Assembly (NCBI RefSeq): GCF_006345805.1
Contig: NC_042999.1
Coordinates: 109,182,001 to 109,246,000, forward strand
Length of the DNA: 64,000 nt
Source: Octopus sinensis
Lineage: Eukaryota
Direction of reading: 5' to 3'
The notes under the pieces were generated by a model that saw only the letters and a program-made list of their open reading frames with translations, made no database searches and was not told the origin of the DNA. Shown piece after piece: positions 11,236 to 24,625 of this stretch; positions within the stretch are counted from its first letter, which is position 1, and each line of letters begins with the position of its first letter. Position numbers and translations under genes: made by a program.

Positions 11236-14224
11236 ATATATATTATATATATATAATATATGTATATGTGTGTGTGTGTGTATGAATATGAATATATATA
11301 TATATATGTATGTGTGTGTATATATATGAATATATATATGTATGTTTGTGTGCATATATGTGTGTGTATGTATATATATGAATATATATGTGTGTGTGTG
11401 TATATATATGAGTATATATGTATGTATGTGTGTATATAAATGTAGTATATATTTATGTTTCTATATTGTTTTTTATGTGTTCTTTTCCATATTTATTATA
11501 CAATAATTTGCTTAAACTAAATACCAGTACAGGTGAAGAACATTTTCATTTGAAAATAGTAATACTTTGCTCTTTGTCTGAGTTCATCTATAGACAAAAC
11601 AAACACGACTAGAATAATTAAATAAAATTGCCTAATGACACTGCAAAGTGGTTGAATAGAAAATATAAAAAAATTAATAGATGAGTAGCTGAGAATGAAT
11701 TTTTTAATTATGTCTTGAATTGCTTTTCATAAATTTTCTTGGTTTTATCTAAATTGTTCCCAATTTTGTCAATAATTAGTTTTAAAAGATAAGGTACAGT
11801 TTATCTTACTTAAATTATTAATTGCCTATGGAAGGACAATAAATCTAATTAATAACATTACACACACATATATATATATATATATATTCATATGTGTAAA
11901 TCTATATATATGTATACATATATGTACAGGTGTGTGTGTCTGTGTTTGTGTATTTGTGTGTTTTGCATATATATGTTTAGACCTTTAGTATTTTGATATT
12001 TTAACATTTTTTATTTCTGTGAGAATAATACCTATGGTCAATGCAGTATATGCACACAAAAATGTTGCATTTTAGACTACTATTATATATGAAGCTAGCT
12101 GTTTAGTTTCATGTAAAACTTTTTTCCTTGGCTGAAGGGAACTGAAGTAATAAATTTTAATCTTTTTTGTTTGTTTGTGTGTTTGTTTTTTTTTTTTTGT
12201 AGTTTTTGCTTGGCCTGCACTAATCAAACACCTGGAAGCTTTACAAAAGAAAAAGGATCCTCGATAATAGCAAATTTTCATTTTGGATCTTCTGTTGAAA
12301 GATCTTTCTGACTGCTTTAGTATGTGGAAATTCTTAGCTAGACAAATCCTGCTGATTTATGACCCACTGAAATATGGAAATAGGTCTATTAACAATGTTC
12401 CTTGTTATTGAAGGAAAGTCTGATCCGTGAGTTTCTTGATAAATTAAATAGAAGAAATGAAATTTTCTATTTTTTCTTAAGTCAGGAGCAAAAGCATTTA
12501 AGGGCCTCTTGACACTGGTGAGGAGAGGTAATATATATCTTCAAGTAATATATAGAAGTAATAATATATATCTTCAAACTGAAAACTTGGTCTGAAGGCT
12601 TGCAACAGAATAGGCTCTGCTAAAGACACTTAAAGTACCCGTTGGGGTATTAAACCAGGCAAGGAGTTAAGTCCATCATCCATATAGGCTGCAACAGGAT
12701 TTGAACTCAGAATGCTTAGAGCCAGGACAAATATCACAAGGCATCTGCTCCAGCAGACTTACTGTTCCATTAGAATTCCACCAATGTGAACAAATAAGTA
12801 TAACATTTGATAAAGTAAGCTGAATGCTAAAGGATTAATTTTCTGTCCACAAAGAGACTGGTGACTTAGTGCTATTTATATCAAATTCAAACTGAGAGTC
12901 AGCTGAAATGTTTAATCTTATTTGCATAAGTGACAATTTGCATGGTTAGTTAACTAATTAATTATGCACAACACACTATGTATTAGAAAATCTTAAATTT
13001 AATGTAGGTATACTTCCAAATAGAGAATGAAATGAATTAGGTCGATCACAGTATTTTTATGCCCATAGAGAGATAATTATATTTGGTTACAATTTGTAGT
13101 GAGGTTTATATTTTTAGAATTATAGTGAAGTGCACCTTACACTTAAAATATGCTACATTGTGCATGATAAATTACTTAAATAATCACATTGCCAATTAAT
13201 ATACTGTTATGCAAATTAGACTGGTTATTTCAGCTGAGCACTGGTTAGTGTCCAATATAAATAGCTACAAGCTATCAATCTCTCTAAGGTTACAAAATAA
13301 TAAATTTACAAATAATAATGAAACTAGTTAGAACAATCCCAGTATTTTCTTCTCAGGGAGGGGTAAAAACATTTATTTCACAGTGAGCAGTGACGCTTAT
13401 AATTTAAAAGTTTTATGTATATCTACATCAAATTTAATATCTATATATGTAATACACTCATAAAGTGTGAGTGTGTATATATATATTTTTTATACATATA
13501 TATTCATATGTAAATACATACATGTAATATATGTGTAAGTGTATAGTTATTCATATGCACACATGCATACATATGAACATGTACAAGCACATTCAAATAA
13601 TGTTGCATATTTTGGAGAATTTCAATAAAATTAATTACTGACATGGTATTTTTTATCTTATATTTTTATATTGTTTGCAAGCAAGACAAAACTGAAATCG
13701 ATATGAACTAAAACTTATTAGAAAGAAAAATATAAACAAAAGAAAATACACTATTTTAAAAGAACTTGAACCATTCAGCTGAATGAAATCCAAAGTTAAA
13801 GGAAAGTTCCTCAGAATGGAAAGAATATGTCCACTGTTCTGAAATCTCAGTAGCTTAAATAAGGGAAAAAAGTAAAAATATAAATAAAAAATAAAATTAA
13901 ATAAAAAGGAATTAATTAAAAAAAATCTCTTTGTTTCTACTGTCAATATGTTTTGCTTTTCTTATTTCATATTTTTTTCTTTTGAACTTATTACATTTCA
14001 CTTTTAGAATTTTTGCATTTTTGTATAATTTTTTAAATAGGGCTTTTCTTTAAATAAATGAATAAAAAAAGGTGGGGTTACATTTCTTGTTTCATACATA
14101 TATTTTATCTTTCAAATGCATTTTTGTGTATGTGTACGCATATTTATACATATATACGTATATCTAAAAGAATAAGAAAATTCTCTCTTAAATCACAGCT
14201 TCTATTGTGCATTCTTTGTTTCAG

Positions 14225-14488
<264 letters not shown>

Positions 14489-15100
14489 GATTTTAAAGAC
14501 AATATGAAGCAAGAAAAATAATTTTCAGGTAGCTGTGATTTCTCATGGAAAGAAAATGTTTTTCATCAAAATTCAAAACAAGTGAATAACCACTGCTTTT
14601 GTCCCATGTTTTGTAAACAATTCATATATGCATATGCACAAAAATATGCACAAACACACTCATACAGATTTGTGAACAAAGACACACACACACATGTTTA
14701 GATTATTCATTGTTATTAAATCAGAACTTAAATTTTTTTTTTTATTTACCACTATATCAAATAAGACTTGTGAGAATAATTTTGGTTTTATTATTCAGAA
14801 AACACATACACCCACACCCACACAAACACACACACACATACACACACACACACGTGTATATTCATATTAAAAACACAAACATACTTACATATAAAATATA
14901 TATACATACATACATTTACATACACTTATATATACATTCACATGCAGACATACATGCATATACACATATATACATGAATATATATATAGACACTTAATTT
15001 TACAATGCATGTTTGTGTGTGTGTCAAAATATGGATATTTGTCTGAACTGAATCTGTCTAGTAGTTTATCTATCTATGTGTTTATGTGTTATGTATTCAG

Positions 15101-15142
15101 AGCTGAGTCTGCTGCTCAGAGTTTCTCATTCCTGTTCCTCAG
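15101..15142 (+). CDS. Possible small exon (phase 2-2): (R)AESAAQSFSFLFL
   Basis: Acceptor ttatgtattcag|, donor cag|gtattg, 42 nt, phase fits the 10451 candidate. Confidence 0.25.
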
Positions 15143-15679
15143 GTATTGTAGTTTTCAACACTTGCTTAGCAATTTATAGAAATCTGATATAAATTATGTT
15201 AAAATGTTAACTTCCACCTGTACCACTGGAGGTTCATCACAAATGTCATGCAACTGCCAGTGACAAGCCATAGCAGTTAAATTACTTTAATACATATCTA
15301 CTGTGTATAATTATTGTAAATGCATATATTTTCCCATTACCCTTGTTATCTTAAATAGTTTCAGTATTTAAAACCAGTATTTAAGTTTGGTGTCTCAATA
15401 TCACCCCGTCCCTCTTATTTTCCATTAATAATTCCTTTCTGTGTCTCCAGTCATCTCTCCCTCTCCTCTGAGTTACATCTTACGACTGACATATTCCATC
15501 TTATATGAGATGTCATTCCCCAAACTATCGCATATCTACTGTCGACAGCCTCTGTAGACATTTGGGCTTGATGCAGCCCTCTGTCTCCTAGTCCTCAGGC
15601 AAACTGTCTATACTATGCAATATGGATGAGAGATTAAATGATTAAATGATGATGGTGATGATGATATATACATATATAT

Positions 15680-16090
15680 AGGCACAGGTGTGGCTGTGTG
15701 GTAAGAAGTTTGTTTCCCAACCACATGGTTCCAGGTTCAGTCCCACTGTGTGTTACCTTGGACAAGTGTCTTCTACTATAGCCTTGGGCCGACCAAAGCC
15801 TTGTGAGTAGATTTGGTAGATGGAAACTGAAAGAAGCCTGTCATATATATATATGTGTGAGTGTATGTGTGTGTGTGTTCATGTGTCTGTATTTGTCCTC
15901 CCCACATTCACTTGACAACTGATGTTGGTGTGTTTACAACCTTGTGACTTAGCAGTTTGGCAAAAGAAACCAATAGAATAAGTATTAGGCTTATGAACAA
16001 AAAGTCCTACAGTCGATTTGTTCAACTAAAAGCATTGCTCCAATATAGCTGCAGTCAAATGACTGAAACAAGTAAAAGAATAAAAGAATA
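15680..16090 (+). mobile_element. tRNA-derived SINE family A, full length
   Basis: ggcacaggtgtggctgtgtggtaag head, ggttcagtccc B-box, tail gaaacaagtaaaagaataaaagaa. Confidence 0.88.
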
Positions 16091-16131
16091 TATATATATA
16101 TATATTATATATATATATATATATATATGAG

Positions 16132-16342
16132 TGTAGCTGTCAGAATTGTTAGCTTGGTAGACAAAATGCTTTGTGGAATTTTGTCTATCTTTATGATCTG
16201 AATTCAAACTGCATTGAGATCAAATCCTATATTTAGGGATTGATGAAGTAATTACCAGTTGAATGGGGGAGGGGGGTTTAAATGTGATCAAGTAGTCCCC
16301 TCCCATCAAAAATTTCAGCCCTTGTCCCTTTTGTAGAAAGGA
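16132..16342 (+). mobile_element. SINE family B, degenerate
   Basis: gctgtcagaattgttagc...ctgaattcaaa...tagaaaggat matches family B. Confidence 0.6.
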
Positions 16343-16364
16343 TGCGTGTGCTTGTTTGTTTGTT

Positions 16365-16405
<41 letters not shown>

Positions 16406-16928
16406 AAATATGCACACAGCTGGCCAATCTGTTTCTATAGATCCACACCTACTGCTTTCTCCTCATCTCTTTATCACTCAAACCTTCATCACACGTCCAT
16501 CTATTGGATTATTCTGCTACTGTAATTAAATATGGCACTCAGTGCCATATCTACTATGACTTTTCTGTACTGTCAGCCATTACTCCCCCTCTCTTAACTT
16601 ACTTCATATTGTCATTCATTTTTACCATTGTCACCAATTTGTGTCTACTCTCGACAAATCACACCCTTAGTTGCTCCCTTTTCCTTTTCCTGCTACTCCT
16701 GCAATGTCTACCCACTCTTTCTGATTGCTCTGTCTCCATATTTTCATCTATTCACCTTGAGAGTACTCTCCAACATCTCATCATCATTAGCTTCATTTCT
16801 CCTACGTCCATCCTTCCATACATGTGCATACATACATGCATGCATCTATCTATCTATCCTTAAATATATACGTACAAACATGCACATACCAGCTCGACTG
16901 GTCCTGATAACAACTTTAGCAGGAGTTA

Positions 16929-17222
16929 TAGGGTATACACATAAGTAAGTGTATACCCTACAATTACACCGTATATTCCTTGGGGATAAAACCAATGTTG
17001 TCTTCGAAACATATGTCGAAAGTAAAAGAATTTGAATAGCATCTGTGTTCAACTCCATTTATTTACTTATACTACACAAATTACTGCACATTAACCCGGA
17101 GTTTCTACCTATGAATAGGTCACTACATCCTTGTTACTTGCGTGAATTTTGCTACTCTGGTAACTGTTTATTGAATTTTCCATGTTAAAAGTAAACAAAG
17201 GATAATTCATTCATCCATTTAC
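16929..17222 (+). mobile_element. Penelope-like terminal unit, paralog of 33124-33360, keeping only the 3' half of the hammerhead
   Basis: tcttcGAAACATATGTCgaaagtaaaagaatttgaatagcatctgtgttcaactccatt aligns with 33184-33242; the 5' end is a perfect 12-bp hairpin. Confidence 0.6.
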
Positions 17223-17274
17223 ATATGTATATATATATATATCTATGTGTATATATATATATCTATGTGTATCG

Positions 17275-17321
<47 letters not shown>

Positions 17322-17340
17322 TATATATATATATGTAGTA

Positions 17341-17429
<89 letters not shown>

Positions 17430-17430
17430 G

Positions 17431-17461
<31 letters not shown>

Positions 17462-17544
17462 GTATATATATATATATATATTATATATATATATATATAC
17501 ATAATATATATGGATATATTATATATACATATATATATAGTCAA

Positions 17545-17937
17545 TAATAAGGGTAAAATGAATTAATTATTAATTAATAATTTTCCAAGTAGTGTTAGTA
17601 TGTAAAAAGACCATTTACGGTATATTTAAAACATTATGTTATATAATTAGGGTTCAGTAAAAAAAATTTACTTTACCACACACCAACTTTTAGAAATAGC
17701 AGCAAAAAAATTTAGCTATTTCCTCTACTATAAGAAAAGTTCCTAGACAATGTATACTCAAAAATAATTCACGTAGGTATAGAGGGAAAAACAACGAAAG
17801 ATCACACGTACATCGATTACTTGAGAACACCGTTTCTGGATTAGTTAGATATAGAGATGCTAGAATACGTACTCCTATCAACATTTCGTCATCAGCCCAA
17901 GATTTTGTTAGGTTTAAATTTGAGAGCACTAAAACAT

Positions 17938-17940
<3 letters not shown>
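17545..17940 (-). mobile_element. Hammerhead-bearing Penelope-like unit between (TA)n tracts
   Basis: Non-repetitive segment bounded by TA arrays on both sides and containing the hammerhead motif at 17820-17901. Class assignment is inference. Confidence 0.55.
17820..17901 (-). ncRNA. Type I hammerhead ribozyme, complete core, helix II decayed
   Basis: CUUGGG-CUGAUGA-CGAA...UCCA-GAAA-C-GGU-GUU/CUCAAG; helix I 6 bp with one GU; two mismatches at the helix II base. Confidence 0.6.
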
Positions 17941-17979
<39 letters not shown>

Positions 17980-18084
17980 ATATATATATATATGTATATG
18001 TATGTATGTATATATATATATATGTATATGTATGTATGTATATATGTATATGTATATATATATATGTGTATGTGTATATATATG

Positions 18085-18124
<40 letters not shown>

Positions 18125-18128
18125 TATA

Positions 18129-18463
18129 CAACAGCTTCTTTCAATTTCTATCTACCAAATTCACTCACAAGGCTTTGTGTCAGTCTGAGACTGTAGTAGA
18201 AGCTACTTGCCCAAGTCCCAAGTGGTGAGATTGGAACCCAGAGCTATGTGGTTGGGAAGTAAGCTTCTTTTCTACTCTAGGTACAAGGCCCGAAGCTTTT
18301 GGGAAGGGTGCCAGTCAATTAGAATGATTCCAGTATGCACCCTGAAAGGATGAAAGGCAAAGTTGACCTTGGCAGAATTTGAACTCAGAATGTAAAGACA
18401 GACGAAATACCACTAAGCATTTCGCCTGGCGTGCTAACATTTCTGCCAGCTTGCCGCCATGGG
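18129..18463 (-). mobile_element. Adjacent SINE fragments: family A 5' part (18129-18272) and family B (18276-18463)
   Basis: cttctttcaatttctatctaccaaattcactcacaaggc (family A) and ggcagaatttgaactcagaatgtaaagacagacgaaataccactaagc (family B). Confidence 0.75.
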
Positions 18464-18531
18464 AAGTAAGCGTCTTACAAAATAGCCACACCTACACCTG
18501 TGCGAGCACATGCGCACACACACACACACTT

Positions 18532-18611
<80 letters not shown>

Positions 18612-19937
18612 TATATTTGTTTTGCAAGATTTTAGATGTGAAATTGTTCATTGAAACAGATGTTGAATCTCAGGACAGTAATTTTGCCATTAATAAACAT
18701 ACTCATTGATTCTGTTTCACTTCTTTATATTATTATTTGTCAACAAATTAACTAATTAACCATTTAACTAATCAATTAATTGTTCAATCAATCAATCAGC
18801 TAGTTTATGAGAGTGTTTTTTGTTTTTAAATACATGATACTACAGATGAGTAATTTTATCTTTTAGCATTCTGTTAGATTTTTTATGTACTTTTCCGTCT
18901 GTAAACTTTGGTTTCCTTTTCTGTTTTGCTTTACAGTTTATACTCTTTCCTCAGCAACCATTATTTCTTCTTTTGTCTCACATAAATGGAGTTACTGTTA
19001 GGGGACAAAGGGCTTGCTCTTTTATAATCAATTTTTTCTGCTAATCTTTGAGGTTTGACTGATGGTGCTCTATAAATTGGAGATTATTGTTATCTACTGG
19101 TCTCTATTGACTTTGTTTCTGGTTTGTTTGCTTATTTTTCCTAGTTCTTCATGGCAAGAGGCTTTGCAGTGGGTCTGTAAATGTAGGCCTTTCACCCTCT
19201 ATCCTCAGTCTCATTCCCTTTGCCTAGGTGACCTCAATTGGATACAGCTCTACCATAACTTTGTAGCCTTTAGTGGTCATTAGAAGTTTCAGATCCATTT
19301 TGGTGTCCCTTGCTCATATTTCACCTCATTAACCCTGTCTTAGCCACTGGTACATATGGCAATACAAAAGTGACAACCACTCCCAGATCTACTTTTCTGA
19401 TGTCTCTTACTTCCACTCTTGTAGCTCTTTGTTCGTGTACCAGGGCACAGATTTATGGATGGAGGTGTGTCTAACAATTTCAGCCTGTGTTTTTGGCTGA
19501 GTTTCCAGTTTTGATGGTGAAAGAGATTGTGTCATAATTTGTTTCTCTTTTTCAGTTCAGAGTATTTCTTCTGAGAACTTACTGTTCTCTTCAAAGACAT
19601 TTTGGCAAAATTTAACAGTTTCAAATCAAAATTTGAAATTTTAAAATGAGAAATTTGCCCCTAATAGGGGAAAATTCTGCTTAACCGATTAGCTCAGCAA
19701 GAGCCCAGTTTGCTTGGCTACACAAATATTCAAAAATATCAAGTTGCTTAACAATATTTCCAATAAAAATTGGCCAAAAACTTACAGCTTCAGAAGACAT
19801 GTCCATCTGCTTTGAAAACAACAACAACAATAATAATAATATATAATATGAAGAGTGCTCTTTGTATTGTCTATTTACCTTTGTGAGGAGTTATGTCAAT
19901 CCTTTTAAAATAATAATAATAATAATAATAATAATAG

Positions 19938-21497
19938 ACATAAAAACTAGAAAGTTGTTGACAATGTATGGAGCTCACCATCCAAAAGCTGATATCAACC
20001 AGCTGTACAAGGCGAAAGAGTTTTAATAGCAGTAGAACAATGTGTACAAAGGGAAAGAAAATGCCTAGTAGAGTATTTACAGAGCAGCACAGAAGAACTA
20101 ATAAAGACAGTAAATAAAGAACAAGTATCAAGAGTGTAATAGGAGAAAAGGACAAGAATGAAATTCAAAGAGAGCACATCTGACAGATTGAAGAGAAACC
20201 CTTGCATGGCCAATTTTGGAGAACCACTGAACATGTATGTGGAACAAAATCCTGGGTTTGGTTAAAAAAGGGGCAATTAAAAAAAAGAAACAGAGGGCTT
20301 AATTATAATAGCCCAAAATCAAGTGAAAAAAACAAGCAACTTACTCTTTACTCTCTTCACTCTTTTACTTGTTTCAGTCATTTGATTGTGGCCATGCTGG
20401 AGCACCACCTTTAGTCGAGCAAATTGACCCCAGGACTTATTCATTGTAAGCCCAGTACTTATTCAATCGATCTCTTTTTGCTGAACTGCTAAGTTACGGG
20501 GACGTAAACACACCAGCATCGGTTGTCAAGCGATGTTGGGGGAGGGGGTCAAACACTGACACACAAACATATATACACACACATACACAAACATATATAT
20601 ACATATATATGACAGGCTTCTTTCAGTTTCCATCTACCAAATCCACTCACAAGGCTTTGGTTGGCCTGAGGCTATTGTAGAAGACACTTGCCCAAGGTTC
20701 CACGCAGTGGGACTGAACCCAGAACCATGAGGTTGGTAAGCAAGCTACTTACCACACAGCCACTCCTATGCCTTGAGAAAAAATATATATGGAGAGAATG
20801 TGTCAGAAAAACGTAGAGCCTGCAGAACTTGGAATGTGACAGTGGCACACATTGTGACAGAATGCCATATGTTGGCATGGGAAAAATATAAAAGATGGAT
20901 GCATGATCAGGCTGTAAAAGTTTTACATGGGAAACTGTGCCAGAAAAGGGGATTTGGAGCTGGGAACACATGGTATAATCACTAAGTTGAAAGAGTACTG
21001 GATTTAGAGCAATGTAGGATTTTGTGAGACTTTCCTATTCAAGCAGACAAGAAGTTAGAAAACAATAGACTGGACCTAACTATTATAGATAAGGAAAAGT
21101 GAAGGTGCTTGTCGATTGACCCATCATGCCCATTTGATTCTGGGATCATCATGAAAGAGGAAGAAAAACAAAAAGCATACAATGCCTTAAAATTTGTAAT
21201 AGGAAGAATTTGGATCATGAGAACAGTAAAGATTGTACCTATAATAATTGGCGTGTTGAGAACAGTAAGCAAAGATATATACAAATGGTTGAAGGAGATT
21301 AGAATGGAATGCCTGGTGGAGCTCCTACAGAAAGTTTGTCTTTTAGGGACAATAAGGATTATCAGGAGGGTTCTCAGTACTTGAAAGACTACTGAAAACT
21401 TGTGGATACCTAAGGTTACAGGTAGTAACCTGCTATCCATGTAAATCCTACCAGGAATAAGACTGAACCTGAGCCAAACCAAAATAATAATAATGAT
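19938..21497 (+). mobile_element. 5'-truncated R4/Dong-type LINE with CCHC finger and restriction-like endonuclease, split by a SINE
   Basis: KTRKLLTMYGAHHPKAD, KPLHGQFW, WVWLKKGQLKKETEGLI, RACRTWNVTVAHIVTEC, NNRLDLTIIDKEK, IDPSCPFD, LLGTIRIIRRVL*; stops present; (TAA)n at both ends. Confidence 0.85.
20339..20772 (-). mobile_element. SINE family A inserted in the R4/Dong LINE
   Basis: Full-length reverse copy; the LINE reading AQNQ...ALRKN resumes across it. Confidence 0.88.
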
Positions 21498-21776
21498 GGA
21501 CTCTCCTGTCGAACATGATGTTTGAGTGTTCAGCTTTTGCTGAATGACCTGCACAAATAATTTGGTTATAGTGATCAAATATTTGTCTTACACATTAGCT
21601 CACCGTTTCCATCAAATCAACATTGTCTGAACAGGCACATGGTGTACCACACATCAGGTTTCGAAGTAATTGTAGAGTAATGTGAGAATACAATGCACCA
21701 CCTGGAGTAAGAATTGAAACTACGATCTCACAATTGTGAGTGCAACACCCTAACCACTAAGCTATGTGCCCTTGCA
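21494..21776 (-). mobile_element. tRNA-derived SINE, family C variant
   Basis: Reverse complement of the family seen at 25933-26240 (tgacctgcacaaat, caccctaaccactaagc). Confidence 0.7.
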
Positions 21777-21811
21777 ATAATAATAATAATAATATTATTA
21801 ATAATAATTCT

Positions 21812-22193
21812 TTTATTCCTTTTTCTATTACTTGTTTCAGTCATTTGACTGCAGCCATGCTGGAACACCACCTTTAGTCAAGCAAATCGACCCCAGGACT
21901 TATTCTTTGTAAGCCTTATACTTATTCTGTTGGCCTTTTTTACTGAACTGCTAAGTTACAGGGATGTAAACACACCAGCATTGGTTGTCAAGCAATGGCG
22001 GGGGCATAAACACGGACACACACACACACACAACAGGCTTCTTTCAGTTTCCATCTACCAAATCCACTCGCAAGGCTTTGGTCGGCCTGAGGCTATAGTA
22101 AAAGACACTTGCCCAAGGTGCCACGCAGTATGACTGAACCCGGAACCATGTTGTTGGTTAGCAAGCTCCTTACCACACATCCACGTCTGTGCC
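21812..22193 (-). mobile_element. SINE family A
   Basis: Full-length reverse copy flanked by (AAT)n. Confidence 0.87.
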
Positions 22194-22196
22194 TAA

Positions 22197-22227
<31 letters not shown>

Positions 22228-22289
22228 AATGATGATGATGATAATGATAATAATAATAATAATAATATAATAATAATAATAATAATAAT
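22194..22289. repeat. (AAT)n trinucleotide repeat
   Basis: Direct inspection. Confidence 0.95.
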
Positions 22290-22770
22290 GAGAAAAAAAG
22301 AAGGGCAAGAAAAAGAAGAAGGTGATAGTGGTTATGATGATGCTAATGTTAAGTGTTAAAATAATAGTATTGATGATAAAAACAGCAGTGAAAGAAATAA
22401 AATTAATAGTGTTAATAATGATCGTAGAATTTATTAAAAAAATTGTAATAACATTAAAAATGCTGGCAATAATAATAATTGTGATAATAGTAAGAATAGT
22501 AGAAATAATAAATCATAGCCAAAATGTTCAACCCTAAACTGAGCTCTTCCAGCATGTACAGGTTAAAGTACCTATTGCCAAACTTCAAAGCTTGCTAACA
22601 ATCCTTTTACTGCCATTATAACCATTATTGCTGCTATCATTATTATTACTATTGTTACTGTTTTAATAGGCTATTGTTAAATAAATTATATTACTTCCCC
22701 CTGGACCTTTTAATTGTAGCTAAACTTTGTTGTGTAAAAACATTCTAATTATCGCGAAATAAAAAGAGAG

Positions 22771-22997
22771 TGCGAATGAGAGATGTCAACTAACTGATTC
22801 ATTAAATATATGATTAAAAAATTATAGTTTTTGGTCGATTTAGAAAATACACAAGCACTCACACATGCAGGTTTCTGCATTTGCATGTGTGCATGTATGC
22901 ATGTATGTATGCGTGTATATTTACTAAATCGAACCAAACGCTATAATTTTTTAATCATATATTTAATGAAGCAGTTGGTTGATGAATCTCATTTGCA
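22771..22997. repeat. Fold-back element, ~83-bp inverted arms with ~60-nt spacer
   Basis: 22771-22852 is the near reverse complement of 22913-22997, including an exact run ttcattaaatatatgattaaaaaattatag. Confidence 0.88.
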
Positions 22998-23164
22998 AAT
23001 GCTTCTTCATATTTTTAGCTAATTAGTATGATTTTGCACAACAAAGGTTAGCTACAATTAAAAGGTCCAATGGGAGGTAGCATAATTTATTTAACAATTA
23101 TATGGTACAAACAAATACTATGCAATAGTGTGAACACAGCATACAAGAAACCTTTCTTATTGAC

Positions 23165-23953
23165 TCTCTTTTACTTGTTTCAGTCATTTGACTGCGGCCA
23201 TGCTGGAGCACCACATTAGTTGAGCAAATCAACTCCAGGACTTATTCTTTGTAAGTCTAGTACTTATTCTATCGGTCTCTTTTGCCAAACCGCTAAGTTA
23301 CAGGGACGTAAACACACCACCATCAGTTGTCAAGCGATGCTGGGGGGACAAACACAGGCACAAACATATACACACACATATATATATATACATACAAGCA
23401 GTATCGCCCAGCATTGCTCGGGTTTGTTTCGACCCTTTAGAATTGGAATTTTTGAACAGTAAAAATTTTGCATTATGTAGCTTGTTATTTTCTTTAAGTG
23501 AACATTTTTCTGGTTGAAATACACCGAAAAATGGTGACACAGCAGTCAAAAAATTGTAAAAAAATAGGCATTTTCATAGAAAAAAAAAATCACCTTTTTT
23601 ATGGAAATAATTTTTGATGTTAATATGGTCCGATTTAATTTTTCTTCTACAGAATGAAGAGCAAGCTTTCTTCTATCATACTCTGAATTTTGGTCAACTT
23701 GCGCCGCAGGGTCTCGGAGGAGATAGTGTTAGTTGAAGGCTGCCAAGCCTGCCATACACAGACAACTTCAGCTTTATATATATAGATATATGACAGGCTT
23801 CTTTCAGTTTCCATCTACCAAATCCACTCACAGGGCTTTGGTCAGCCTGAAGCTATAGTAGAAGACACTTACCCAAGGTGCCACGCAGTGGGACTGAACC
23901 CAGAACCATGTGGTTGGTAAGCAAGCTACTTACCACATAACCACTCCTGTGCC
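23165..23953 (-). mobile_element. SINE family A split at its central microsatellite by a 394-bp insertion
   Basis: The 3' half is at 23165-23390 and the 5' half at 23790-23953. Confidence 0.85.
23394..23787 (+). mobile_element. Probable non-autonomous Helitron/Helentron-type (HINE/DINE-like) element
   Basis: Starts ACAAGCAGTATCGCCCAGCATTGCTCGGG (subterminal hairpin), ends CAGACAACTTCAGCTTTATATATATAGAT, sits in TA, no TSD seen. The insertion is clear; the class is inference. Confidence 0.5.
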
Positions 23954-23994
23954 TTATACTCTGAGTGTATAACCATTATGTATAAATATCTGAT

Positions 23995-24342
23995 GAAGGT
24001 GCATGGCTCAGTGGTTAGAGCATTGGGCTCACAATCATGAGGTAGTGAGTTCAATTACTGGACTGGGCTGTGTGTTGTGTTCTTGAACAAGACACTTTAT
24101 TTCATGTTGCTCCAGTTCACTCAGCTGTAGAAATGAGTTGTGGTGTCACTGGTGTCAAGCTGTATCAGCCTTTGCCTTCTTCTTGGATAACATCAGTGGT
24201 GTGGAGATGGGAGGCTGGTATGCACGAGTGACTGCTGGTCTTCCATAAACAACCTCGTACAGACTTGTGTCTTGGAGGGTAACTTTCGAGGGGCAATCCC
24301 ATGGTCATTCATGACTGAAGGGGGTCTTTACCCTTACCCTTA
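23995..24342 (+). mobile_element. tRNA-derived SINE family C, near full length
   Basis: A-box tggctcagtggttagagc, B-box gagttcaatta, centre gaacaagacactttatttcatgttgctccagttcactcagctgtagaaatgagt, (TACCCT) tail. Confidence 0.85.
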
Positions 24343-24416
24343 TAAATATCTATACATACACATTTGTATCTATGATGATAATGATGATATATATAATGAT
24401 GATATATATAATGGTG

Positions 24417-24444
<28 letters not shown>

Positions 24445-24448
<4 letters not shown>

Positions 24449-24625
24449 CTTATTTCAGTCATTGGACTGTGGGCATGCTGGAGCACTGCCTTGATGGATT
24501 TAGTCGAATAAATCACCCCCAGTACTTTTTACACCTTTAAAGCCTGATACTTATTCTATAGGTTTCTTTTTGCAAAGTTGCTAAGTTACTTGGATGTAAA
24601 CAAACCTACATAGGTTATCAAGTGG
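24445..24625 (-). mobile_element. SINE family A, 3' half
   Basis: tttcagtcattggactgtgggcatgctggagcactgcc...gatgtaaacaaacc. Confidence 0.75.

Noticed and set aside
12202-12426. Exon-like segment with strong acceptor and gtgagt donor
   Set aside because: Stops in all three frames; at most a non-coding or terminal exon, unsupported.
23995-24070. tRNA gene
   Set aside because: The A and B boxes are the head of a multi-copy SINE; no complete cloverleaf.
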